Source: a virus
Taxonomy: Duplodnaviria; Caudoviricetes
Length of the DNA stretch: 62,622 bases
Virus record (IMG/VR): IMGVR_UViG_3300048672_000233
Location: 1 to 62,622 of that record
Direction: 5' to 3' (one strand)
Shown here: positions 9,344 through 16,642 of the stretch, piece after piece
How the letters are laid out: the number at the start of each line of letters is the position of its first letter
How positions within the stretch are numbered: the first letter of the stretch is position 1
Made by a program: the position numbers and the translations under genes
Notes under the pieces: generated by a model
What the model saw: the letters and a program-made list of their open reading frames with translations, nothing else
What the model was told of the DNA's origin: nothing
Database searches by the model: none

Positions 9344-9814
9344 CTAGCCCTGTTTTCCCACTTCGTCAACAAGTTTGTTTATATACCATTGTGCTTTTTT
9401 AATATCCTCGATGCCATTCTTCTGTTCATATCGCCACAGGTATTTAATCACATTAGCAACGCACGCTGCTTCGATACCTTTTTTGTTCACCACAGCCGCT
9501 TCTATAGCATCAATACACTCAACCCCTCCGCTGGTGTAATGCTGTGGGTGATTCACATTGTCTTGTGGTGCATCTTCATAGGTTTCGTAATTAAACATCT
9601 TCTTTCCCGCTTCTGTTAGCGCATAGCGCATGTAACTATTAGATTTCTGGGATTCTACCCAACCACTTTTTGTCAGGCGTGTTATCTCGTTATAGCATGT
9701 GCGGTAGGTGGTCTGCGCTGCGTCTGCTAACTGCCTTATTGTTAATGGCTTATTTGGGTGTGTGGCTAGTAACCTTGCTATATATCGTGGTCTTGTTTCA
9801 TTAACGGGTCGCAT
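9344..9814 (-). CDS. Winged-HTH fused to a DUF3310 (T7 gp1.7-like nucleotide kinase) domain
   Basis: DNVNHPQHYTSGGVECIDAI...NVIKYLWRYEQKNGIEDIKKAQWY is DUF3310-like; LTIRQLADAAQTTYRTCYNEITRLTKSGWV is HTH-like. Start moved to ATG 9814 (GGAGA RBS). Confidence 0.75.
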   Translation of the reverse strand: MRPVNETRPRYIARLLATHPNKPLTIRQLADAAQTTYRTCYNEITRLTKSGWVESQKSNSYMRYALTEAGKKMFNYETYEDAPQDNVNHPQHYTSGGVECIDAIEAAVVNKKGIEAACVANVIKYLWRYEQKNGIEDIKKAQWYINKLVDEVGKQG

Positions 9815-10388
9815 TGGTCTCTCCGAATATGCTGGGGGCGATACCTCGTAGCTGTGCGCGTATGTCATTTGCCACATTTCTGATTTCCCACTGGCTCTCA
9901 CTACCTGAGCGCAACTTAATAAAATCTGCCCACGCTTGGAAATTACCCGTAACAATCAATTCAGTCTCTGAACAGGTTGGAAGCACCATTCTGGCATCTT
10001 CTTTCTTTACTCCCTCTGCTAATAGGTTTGTGTAAACTGCATAGCTCATTTCAATAGCGGTATTAAAGTATTTCAGCTGCTTGCTGTTTGTAATCGCGTC
10101 AGGGATAACAATATCTGACTTGGTTTCATCGCAATACCGTTGTGAGCGTTGTAAAAAATCCAAATGCTTACTCCTTACGAATTGGTGTGAGCAAGCTCTT
10201 GATATTCCCGATACATGAAACGTAGCGTGGGCGAAGCGGAGCGTAGCTAGATGACCTTTATCTACACAATGCGCGGCGCGTTTGATGTTTTTTTCTCTAT
10301 CGTCGCTTTGCGAACCATAGCAGATTCCAGCCATTTGTCCGATAACAAACTCAGGGTCATTAGTGTGGTTTAGGAGTAAGATTTTCAT
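9801..10388 (-). CDS. thyX: Flavin-dependent thymidylate synthase
   Basis: GH...FHVSGISRACSHQFVRSKHLDFLQRSQRY, EDARMVLP, SQWEIR motifs. Confidence 0.9.
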   Translation of the reverse strand: MKILLLNHTNDPEFVIGQMAGICYGSQSDDREKNIKRAAHCVDKGHLATLRFAHATFHVSGISRACSHQFVRSKHLDFLQRSQRYCDETKSDIVIPDAITNSKQLKYFNTAIEMSYAVYTNLLAEGVKKEDARMVLPTCSETELIVTGNFQAWADFIKLRSGSESQWEIRNVANDIRAQLRGIAPSIFGETNATR

Positions 10389-10932
10389 GTTTTTGCACCT
10401 TGTTTATATGGTAGTTAAGTTTAACTAAAAGGTTGATAGAGGGTTTTAACTCAGTAGGTGACGTGCTGTAATCAACATACCTGCGCTGTATCACCGCGCC
10501 AATCGGCATCAATATCAAATTATCAATGTCAAAATTACGACTATCCCCGTCTAAGAATACAATTCCGTGATTAGGTGGTAGCTGTTTTTTATGGTGCTGT
10601 TCCCATACCAAAATGTGTTTACAGCGAAAATAGCTGTTTCCCATTGTTTTTTCTTCACAGCGCACTTCGATAAAGCCATTTTTATTTACGCGCTCATAAC
10701 CAACCTCTTTTGTATTTGAGTTATACATCCCGCCAAACCTTGCATAATGACCACCACGATTGTTATTTAAGCACTTTAAGCTGTTGCGTTTGCACACCTC
10801 GTTGATTGCTTTTTGTGACACACATGTATCAAATGTTTCATTAAAATCAATCGTCAATTGTTCCCTAGTCGTCCGTTGGTTTGCAGCAAGAAAAGCAATC
10901 TGTTCTGGTGTGTAGCGGTGAACTTGCACCAT
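10360..10932 (-). CDS. HNH endonuclease (free-standing)
   Basis: KHILVWEQHH...IVFLDGDSRNFDIDNL, HNH_3-like; overlaps the thyX start. Confidence 0.75.
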   Translation of the reverse strand: MVQVHRYTPEQIAFLAANQRTTREQLTIDFNETFDTCVSQKAINEVCKRNSLKCLNNNRGGHYARFGGMYNSNTKEVGYERVNKNGFIEVRCEEKTMGNSYFRCKHILVWEQHHKKQLPPNHGIVFLDGDSRNFDIDNLILMPIGAVIQRRYVDYSTSPTELKPSINLLVKLNYHINKVQKHENLTPKPH

Positions 10933-10937
10933 ATCTA

Positions 10938-11174
10938 CTACTCAAATGAAAAGATAGCAGGCAGTGTTTTACGCTCATAATTAGGTGTATCAAACATAGC
11001 ATTCTGAGCATCAAGACTTAATCTGGCATTGGAAACAATTGTATTACCAATGGAAGTGATTGCTCTACTTCTATCAATTTCTGTTTTTAATTCCTCGCTG
11101 TTCATATCTTCGTTTCCAAGGCGTTCAAGCTGGGCGAATAAGTGATTGTTTAAATCAGATAGTTTATTTTTCAT
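10938..11174 (-). CDS. Conserved phage hypothetical protein
   Basis: 78 aa MKNKLSDLNNHLFAQLERL; GGAGA RBS. Confidence 0.7.
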   Translation of the reverse strand: MKNKLSDLNNHLFAQLERLGNEDMNSEELKTEIDRSRAITSIGNTIVSNARLSLDAQNAMFDTPNYERKTLPAIFSFE

Positions 11175-11182
11175 GTTGTCTC

Positions 11183-11362
11183 CTAGTAACGGAATCTGTT
11201 TAATGCGCGTGTACGCATAGGTGGTGGTAAAGGTAATTCATTTTCTGGTGTGCGTTCCTCTCGCGCTGTAGGTTCTAATGTTTCTTTTGCACTTTTTGAA
11301 CACTTATCCGTGTGTAGTTTGCTGGTTCTATTCTGCTTACATATAGGGCATCTGTACATCAT
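11183..11362 (-). CDS. Small hypothetical protein with a CxxC...H...C motif
   Basis: 59-aa ORF MMYRCPICKQNRTSKLHTDKCSK..., translated by hand (below the ORF track cutoff). Confidence 0.5.
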   Translation of the reverse strand: MMYRCPICKQNRTSKLHTDKCSKSAKETLEPTAREERTPENELPLPPPMRTRALNRFRY

Positions 11363-11483
11363 GGGATAAGTCCTGTTAATTTAAATACCACAGTCATAAG
11401 GAGCAACGCTGTGACGAATCCATTAGCAAACCCTGATTCATAGTCAGGGAGTTTTAAATTCTTGTAATCTCTACTAAGTTGTT

Positions 11484-14438
11484 TCATTCATCCTCCGTTA
11501 AAATCTTGTCTGTAACTAATTTAATGCACCTCACGCCTGTTCCTGATGTCGCGTCTAGTTTGAAACTAGAGGTAATGTCCGCGCTGGCTTCTTCTTTTAA
11601 CATATCAATCAGCGCATTATAAGGTACGCCTTTAGTCGTACACCACTGACGTAAGCAGCTTACACCTACATACATGTGATTATGGCTAACTACACGACGT
11701 ACATGAACCACGTTACTTGGTGGCGACTGCTTAATACTTACTTTGTTTGCTATCATTGTCGTGACCATTGTGAAAGGAGCCATATCGTGCAGGAACTCTT
11801 TAAACTGCTCCATTAACGTCATACGATTGCTCGTAGCATGCCCAATAGCTTCTCGGCAGAACTTCGCTACCCATTTAGTAAATACTTCAAGGTCAATGTC
11901 GTGAATCCCTAAGCGTTTACTTACTGTCGCGCCCATAAGAGCCGTTGCACAGATAGCTGAGTAATATCTTTCGCGTGAGGTTAAGTCAACACGTTTATCG
12001 AATACACGGCGGATTTCAAGTAGCTCTCTACGGCATTCGTCAGCGTTCACAACGTAATGCTTGAGCAGCATATCACCCACAATCCCATAGCAGTTTTGAA
12101 TATCCTCGCCGAATAGTTGGTCAGTCATAGCCTTGTTGTCTGCGGCTTGAATCTCAGGGTCAGCATGGATAGGCAGCTCCATCACACGCATTGCTTCACC
12201 ATCAGCCACTAATTTAAACTGTGTCATCAACTGGTGCATACCGTTGTTTCCCGATGTAATGACAGGCACGCACCAGCTCGTTGTATTGGTTCGCATCTTA
12301 TTGACTTGAGATTCCATACGGTTTCTACCTCGCCCTGAGCTAACATCGAATACAAACTGACAGGCTTTATCAGGAGCCATAGTAGTCAACTCATCTACGC
12401 AAAGAACAATATGCCTAAGCACACCGAGATGGTGGAATACCGTCAACTGCTTATCATTAAGATTCCATAGTGAGTCTTTATCAGGTCTACCCCACACAGA
12501 AGTACAAACGTGTTGAACAGTTGATTTACCCACACCAGACTCTTTATTGACCAGATGCAGTACCGCGCCGTCGATGTTGTTTCTAAAGAATGAGAATAAA
12601 GGACTACCCATGCTTAGGAATACAGCAAATAGCCGTGCTTCTTGGTTAGGTCGAGCGTGGATAGCAAATATCTCCTGCCATTTAGCCAGCATCCAAGCGC
12701 GTTTTCCTTGTTCATCTGAGCCATAAGGGATTTCAGTTAGGTTCTTTAAACCATACATATCTGATGCTTGCTGCGCGGCAGCCGAAGGTAAACTAAATTC
12801 TACCTCACCTGTGGCTAAATAGCGGCGCGTACCTAATACGAATGAGGTGTATCCATCTTCCCACCCAAAACTCGCGGGGCATTTTATCTTCTCCGTTGTG
12901 GCTTGCAACTTTGTAACGTAGGCTTTTATATAACTCATAAGTTCTGGATATGATGGCGCAGCAACGCCGTGCTTAGATAAGGTTTCAGTAAAGGAAGCCA
13001 ACGCCGTTACGCTTGTTAAAGGCAGGGCAAATCGCTTCATAGGTTCTCTAGGCTGCTTCATGTGGATAACCACAATCTCACCCTCTACAGGGTCAACCTG
13101 CAAGGAGTCTACCCACAAATCATAGGGATAAACCACCTTACCTTGTAGCTCTTGTAATGATGGAATTTCACCATCATCAAGCGTATCAATCCGTGCGCGT
13201 TTATATACCCCACCATCTACACCACGCAGATACGGGCTAGGGTACATTTCAGCAGGGATGATAATTGTTGTATCTATGCCCGTATCTTCATCGACGATGC
13301 TGATGATATTGTCCTCTGGTTGGGCTTCTGGGTACACCATGCACACTTTGATAGGGCTATGAATATCTTTTTTGTGTGGGCAGTTATCACAGTAGGACTT
13401 CCCATTCTCAGGCACAGGTATCAAGTGTGACATGTAAGAGAACGCACTTCTGAAGGTTTCGCAGGTATGTGGAGCTTCAATACGCACTGCTTTATACTCC
13501 GTTTCCTCTTTGTTATACCCTTCGTAGCGTTTAGAAATCTGATGGATAGCTTCGTCTTTATCATTACAAAACTGCGCGATAGATAATGCACTGCGCCACT
13601 GCGGCTCACTTAAATGCTCTTGGTACTTATAGGCAATACCTAACAGCGCACAACCTCTGCCCTGCATGGATAAGATTAACCCGTGTTTAAACAGCTTGTG
13701 CTGTGAGTTCGCACTAAGTATGGCGGTAGTCACCGCATCGGTTGGCTTTTTAAGGTACGCCATTTCCAACTCAGCAAAGCTATCACGTTCAACGTAACAT
13801 AACAAATCCTTAAATAAACTTAGCTCTATAGCAGGTGCTAAGTAAGCGCATACCGCCATTTTAGGGTTCATTGGGTCTTTGTTGTTAAGCGTATCTGGTG
13901 TGCGTAGTACCCGCGCTGCGTCTGCGGTGCAGTTATGGTCTGCATAGAACTTGTGTTCGACACACATAGCCTTTAAGTGGTTTGCAACCCTAACCCATTC
14001 TGTCGCGCCAATAGCTTCGGTCAATACCCAGTAAGCATGGATACCATTACCACTGTCCACAATAGATGGCATGGGCAGCTCAAATATAGCGCAGAAGCGT
14101 TTAAGTTCTTCCGCGGCTTGTTGTTTATCACGATACTGCTTTAAATCCACATCAACGAAGAAGGCTTTGTGTTTGGCGGTATCACCCATTGACGCTTTAC
14201 GGCGTTGCTTATTTGTAGATGCAACGCAATGAAATATGTTCCAAATCCCCGCTGGTGGGTTAGAGGTTGCGTCTACAAGTTCATCTAGCGAACTGTGGAA
14301 TTTTTGTTGCTGCTTCTCAACAGGACTTTCTGGTGATGACTTACCCAAATAGAACGAGCAGTAATACTGGTTTTCTTCCAGCTTAGGTAAGACATGGGTT
14401 AAGAAGGTTTTTTTATCTATTATCATTATGTCCTCCAA
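11484..14438 (-). CDS. Primase-helicase (RepB/AEP-like primase with a DUF927-type P-loop helicase)
   Basis: FVDVD, SGNGIHAYW, ARVLRTPDTLN primase motifs; ESGVGKST Walker A; CVDE Walker B. Confidence 0.85.
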   Translation of the reverse strand: MEDIMIIDKKTFLTHVLPKLEENQYYCSFYLGKSSPESPVEKQQQKFHSSLDELVDATSNPPAGIWNIFHCVASTNKQRRKASMGDTAKHKAFFVDVDLKQYRDKQQAAEELKRFCAIFELPMPSIVDSGNGIHAYWVLTEAIGATEWVRVANHLKAMCVEHKFYADHNCTADAARVLRTPDTLNNKDPMNPKMAVCAYLAPAIELSLFKDLLCYVERDSFAELEMAYLKKPTDAVTTAILSANSQHKLFKHGLILSMQGRGCALLGIAYKYQEHLSEPQWRSALSIAQFCNDKDEAIHQISKRYEGYNKEETEYKAVRIEAPHTCETFRSAFSYMSHLIPVPENGKSYCDNCPHKKDIHSPIKVCMVYPEAQPEDNIISIVDEDTGIDTTIIIPAEMYPSPYLRGVDGGVYKRARIDTLDDGEIPSLQELQGKVVYPYDLWVDSLQVDPVEGEIVVIHMKQPREPMKRFALPLTSVTALASFTETLSKHGVAAPSYPELMSYIKAYVTKLQATTEKIKCPASFGWEDGYTSFVLGTRRYLATGEVEFSLPSAAAQQASDMYGLKNLTEIPYGSDEQGKRAWMLAKWQEIFAIHARPNQEARLFAVFLSMGSPLFSFFRNNIDGAVLHLVNKESGVGKSTVQHVCTSVWGRPDKDSLWNLNDKQLTVFHHLGVLRHIVLCVDELTTMAPDKACQFVFDVSSGRGRNRMESQVNKMRTNTTSWCVPVITSGNNGMHQLMTQFKLVADGEAMRVMELPIHADPEIQAADNKAMTDQLFGEDIQNCYGIVGDMLLKHYVVNADECRRELLEIRRVFDKRVDLTSRERYYSAICATALMGATVSKRLGIHDIDLEVFTKWVAKFCREAIGHATSNRMTLMEQFKEFLHDMAPFTMVTTMIANKVSIKQSPPSNVVHVRRVVSHNHMYVGVSCLRQWCTTKGVPYNALIDMLKEEASADITSSFKLDATSGTGVRCIKLVTDKILTEDE

Positions 14439-14465
14439 AAAAGAAGCCCTCGATGCGAGGGCTTC
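14437..14465 (-). terminator. Intrinsic terminator
   Basis: GAAGCCCTCG-N3-CGAGGGCTTC followed by TTTTTT on the minus strand. Confidence 0.6.
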
Positions 14466-14477
14466 AAGAACCGCTTA

Positions 14478-15368
14478 TTATGCCCAGTCGGTTAGGATTT
14501 GGTCAATGTCCGTTTTTCCCACTTCGGGTGTTTGTGTTGGTTTCGCTCGCACCGTTGGCTCAGGGATAGCTTCAGATGGCGTAGCCACTACAGGTTGGTT
14601 AAATAGGGGTGCTTCAATGGCTGGTACGGCTTGAACAAGGACTACTGGAGCAGCTTGACCACTATAATTTATTGGTGCAATAGCATCTTTAGCATCTGTC
14701 CCTGCGGCTTGCAATGCGGCGGCTTTATACTCAGCTTCGCTTAATGGACGCTCTGCTGAGAACACTAACTTAGGTGTTGCGCTGTCCAAGTCAAAGTTTA
14801 TTTTAGTCACTACCGCGTTAATAGGCATACCATGACCTTTGAGTTTTCTTGTGTACTGTTGTAATGGCATCGCGGTGTCAGTACCTTTACCAAATAATGA
14901 CGTAGCCGCTAGGGTTAAACCATATACATCGCCTTCGATGTTATCTGCGAGCACCACAGCTAAGCGTTGTGAGAAGCGACACGCTTTAGACTCTCCTTGA
15001 CCTGAACCTTTGATATTCATAGGGCATTCCATACAGGTGGCACAAGGCTTCATAGGCACCGCTGCATCAGGTTTAACCCCATCATCTGACCAGCAAGTTG
15101 GCGGTACATTCACACCTTCTTGGTAAGTACCTTTATAATAAGTACGACTGATGTGTGGGCTTGCGTCAATAACCACGACATTCAAATGGCGGTCAGGGCT
15201 TTTAGCCACTTCTTGCCCTTGGCTCATCATACGGAACACACCACCACGAATGGATAGCCGTTTGCCCCCTGCGCTACCTGCGAGTTTAGCTGATACGCTG
15301 TCTGTGATACCTGCTAAGTATGAAAGGTCTGTAGTTGTTGGTGCGTTGAATAATGTAATGTTGCTCAT
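14478..15368 (-). CDS. Putative single-stranded DNA-binding protein
   Basis: 296 aa in the replication block; RLSIRGGVFR...CWSDDG..P...CxxCP.N..GS...KAC pattern; acidic/aromatic C-terminal tip (DIDQILTDWA). Confidence 0.55.
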   Translation of the reverse strand: MSNITLFNAPTTTDLSYLAGITDSVSAKLAGSAGGKRLSIRGGVFRMMSQGQEVAKSPDRHLNVVVIDASPHISRTYYKGTYQEGVNVPPTCWSDDGVKPDAAVPMKPCATCMECPMNIKGSGQGESKACRFSQRLAVVLADNIEGDVYGLTLAATSLFGKGTDTAMPLQQYTRKLKGHGMPINAVVTKINFDLDSATPKLVFSAERPLSEAEYKAAALQAAGTDAKDAIAPINYSGQAAPVVLVQAVPAIEAPLFNQPVVATPSEAIPEPTVRAKPTQTPEVGKTDIDQILTDWA

Positions 15369-15369
15369 T

Positions 15370-15558
15370 TTAGTTCTCCATTGAACTGTTGATAAAAGTA
15401 TTTAGTTGTACTTGTGTTACACGAATAGCTCTACCCATACGGGTTGTCTTAATTGCCCCAGCCTTAATCAGGCGGTAGACGGTTGATTCTGCCAAGCTAA
15501 GTTGTTTTGCTATATCATGCACAGTTAAAAGCTGCATTGGTGTTTGTTCTTCGCTCAC
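15370..15558 (-). CDS. Excisionase-like HTH DNA-binding protein
   Basis: LLTVHDIAKQLSLAESTVYRLIKAGAIKTTRMGRAIRV, HTH_17-like. Confidence 0.8.
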   Translation of the reverse strand: MSEEQTPMQLLTVHDIAKQLSLAESTVYRLIKAGAIKTTRMGRAIRVTQVQLNTFINSSMEN

Positions 15559-15749
15559 GATTTACCTCCTCTGACGATTGCGCCAATCTTTCTTTGTGTT
15601 GTGTAAAAGGCTTCCCTAGCGTCTAAGTGTTCTTCCATAAGCTCAAGACTAACCTCAATCTTGCGTAGGTCTTTACCTGCTAAGTAGGGCTGTTCGCTCC
15701 ACAAAGAATACACAGGGAAAAACTCATCTTCTTCAACCCATACTTCCAT
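15555..15749 (-). CDS. Hypothetical protein
   Basis: Tightly packed ORF within the operon. Confidence 0.55.
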   Translation of the reverse strand: MEVWVEEDEFFPVYSLWSEQPYLAGKDLRKIEVSLELMEEHLDAREAFYTTQRKIGAIVRGGKS

Positions 15750-15976
15750 CACACACCAGCCCATTTGTTTAGTCGGTTGATAATGTAGTTGTAGGTTTCT
15801 TGGGTGATATTACCGAGTTCTTCGTCAACTACGAACGCCCTATAACCATCCCCGTCTGGGCTAAAACTATAGCTGAATACCACCCTTTGTTCTGTTGGGT
15901 ATGCGTGAACAACAGCTACATTATTGAGATTAACATAATCAACCTCGCCATCTATTGTCTCGAGTACTAAAATCAT
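15749..15976 (-). CDS. Hypothetical protein
   Basis: 75 aa; overlapping start/stop with neighbours. Confidence 0.6.
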   Translation of the reverse strand: MILVLETIDGEVDYVNLNNVAVVHAYPTEQRVVFSYSFSPDGDGYRAFVVDEELGNITQETYNYIINRLNKWAGV

Positions 15977-16368
15977 TTTGCTTTCCTCACACTAATTGAA
16001 TACTCCCGTTCTGAATTAAGCCCTGGTGGGAGTTTGTCAGGGTTTGCTGTAATAAATTCTTTAACTCTTGTTTGGTGTAGCCGCTGTTCCATCAGCTCAA
16101 ACGCATCATTTTCTCTGATGAAGTCCATCATTGATGACCAATCGCTTGTCCAGTATCGTGTCTTGGTTGTTCTAATTACGGTACCTTGACCTGTCTTAAT
16201 ACTATCTGCGTCTGCGTCCTTACAGGCTTCAAGCAGTTTGCTTTGTACTAACTGCATCTGCTGTTTAATGCCTGCATCTTTCGCTTCAAACTCGCGGGTT
16301 ATCTCGGCACGTTTGTCACGCATCTTGATATATATTTCTACTAATTTACTTGTTGCTACGTCACTCAC
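15973..16368 (-). CDS. Conserved phage protein (coiled-coil, possibly Gam-like)
   Basis: 131 aa; YIKMRD...SIKTGQGTV...DWSSMMDFI pattern seen in phage replication blocks. Confidence 0.6.
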   Translation of the reverse strand: MSDVATSKLVEIYIKMRDKRAEITREFEAKDAGIKQQMQLVQSKLLEACKDADADSIKTGQGTVIRTTKTRYWTSDWSSMMDFIRENDAFELMEQRLHQTRVKEFITANPDKLPPGLNSEREYSISVRKAK

Positions 16369-16369
16369 A

Positions 16370-16534
16370 TTACCCCCTTATGTCCCACTCGCATTCGGCG
16401 TTTAAATCATCTTCAGGTTCGTCAGGGATGTAGAAGTCATCAAAATCTTCCTCTAGTAAGTTCCCATCTTCATCGTACTGGTCCTCGTCATACTCAGGTT
16501 CTTCCATGTTGTAGTCAGGTAAGTTATATGCCAT
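16370..16534 (-). CDS. Extremely acidic 54-aa protein
   Basis: Hand translation MAYNLPDYNMEEPEYDEDQYDEDGNLLEEDFDDFYIPDEPEDDLNAECEWDIRG; GAGGA RBS; first gene after a promoter. Confidence 0.7.
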   Translation of the reverse strand: MAYNLPDYNMEEPEYDEDQYDEDGNLLEEDFDDFYIPDEPEDDLNAECEWDIRG

Positions 16535-16589
16535 TGTTTTGTCCTCATGGTTTGTTTAAGTTCTTCAACTTTCCTCAGAAAGTGAGCTT

Positions 16590-16618
16590 AGTGTACTCGC
16601 AATGTTTTTACTCGTCAA
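16590..16618 (-). promoter_or_regulatory. Sigma70-type promoter
   Basis: TTGACG-N17-TACACT on the minus strand. Confidence 0.65.
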
Positions 16619-16642
16619 CACTTTTTTTCACTTTGTTTAACT

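Noticed and set aside
11431-11449. CCCTGA-TTCATAG-TCAGGG resembles a tRNA anticodon arm (CAT)
   Set aside because: No D-arm, T-loop or acceptor stem around it; more likely a terminator-type hairpin after the primase gene.
15370-15558. Excisionase as evidence of an integration module
   Set aside because: No integrase or att site recognised; HTH_17 proteins often act as general regulators.
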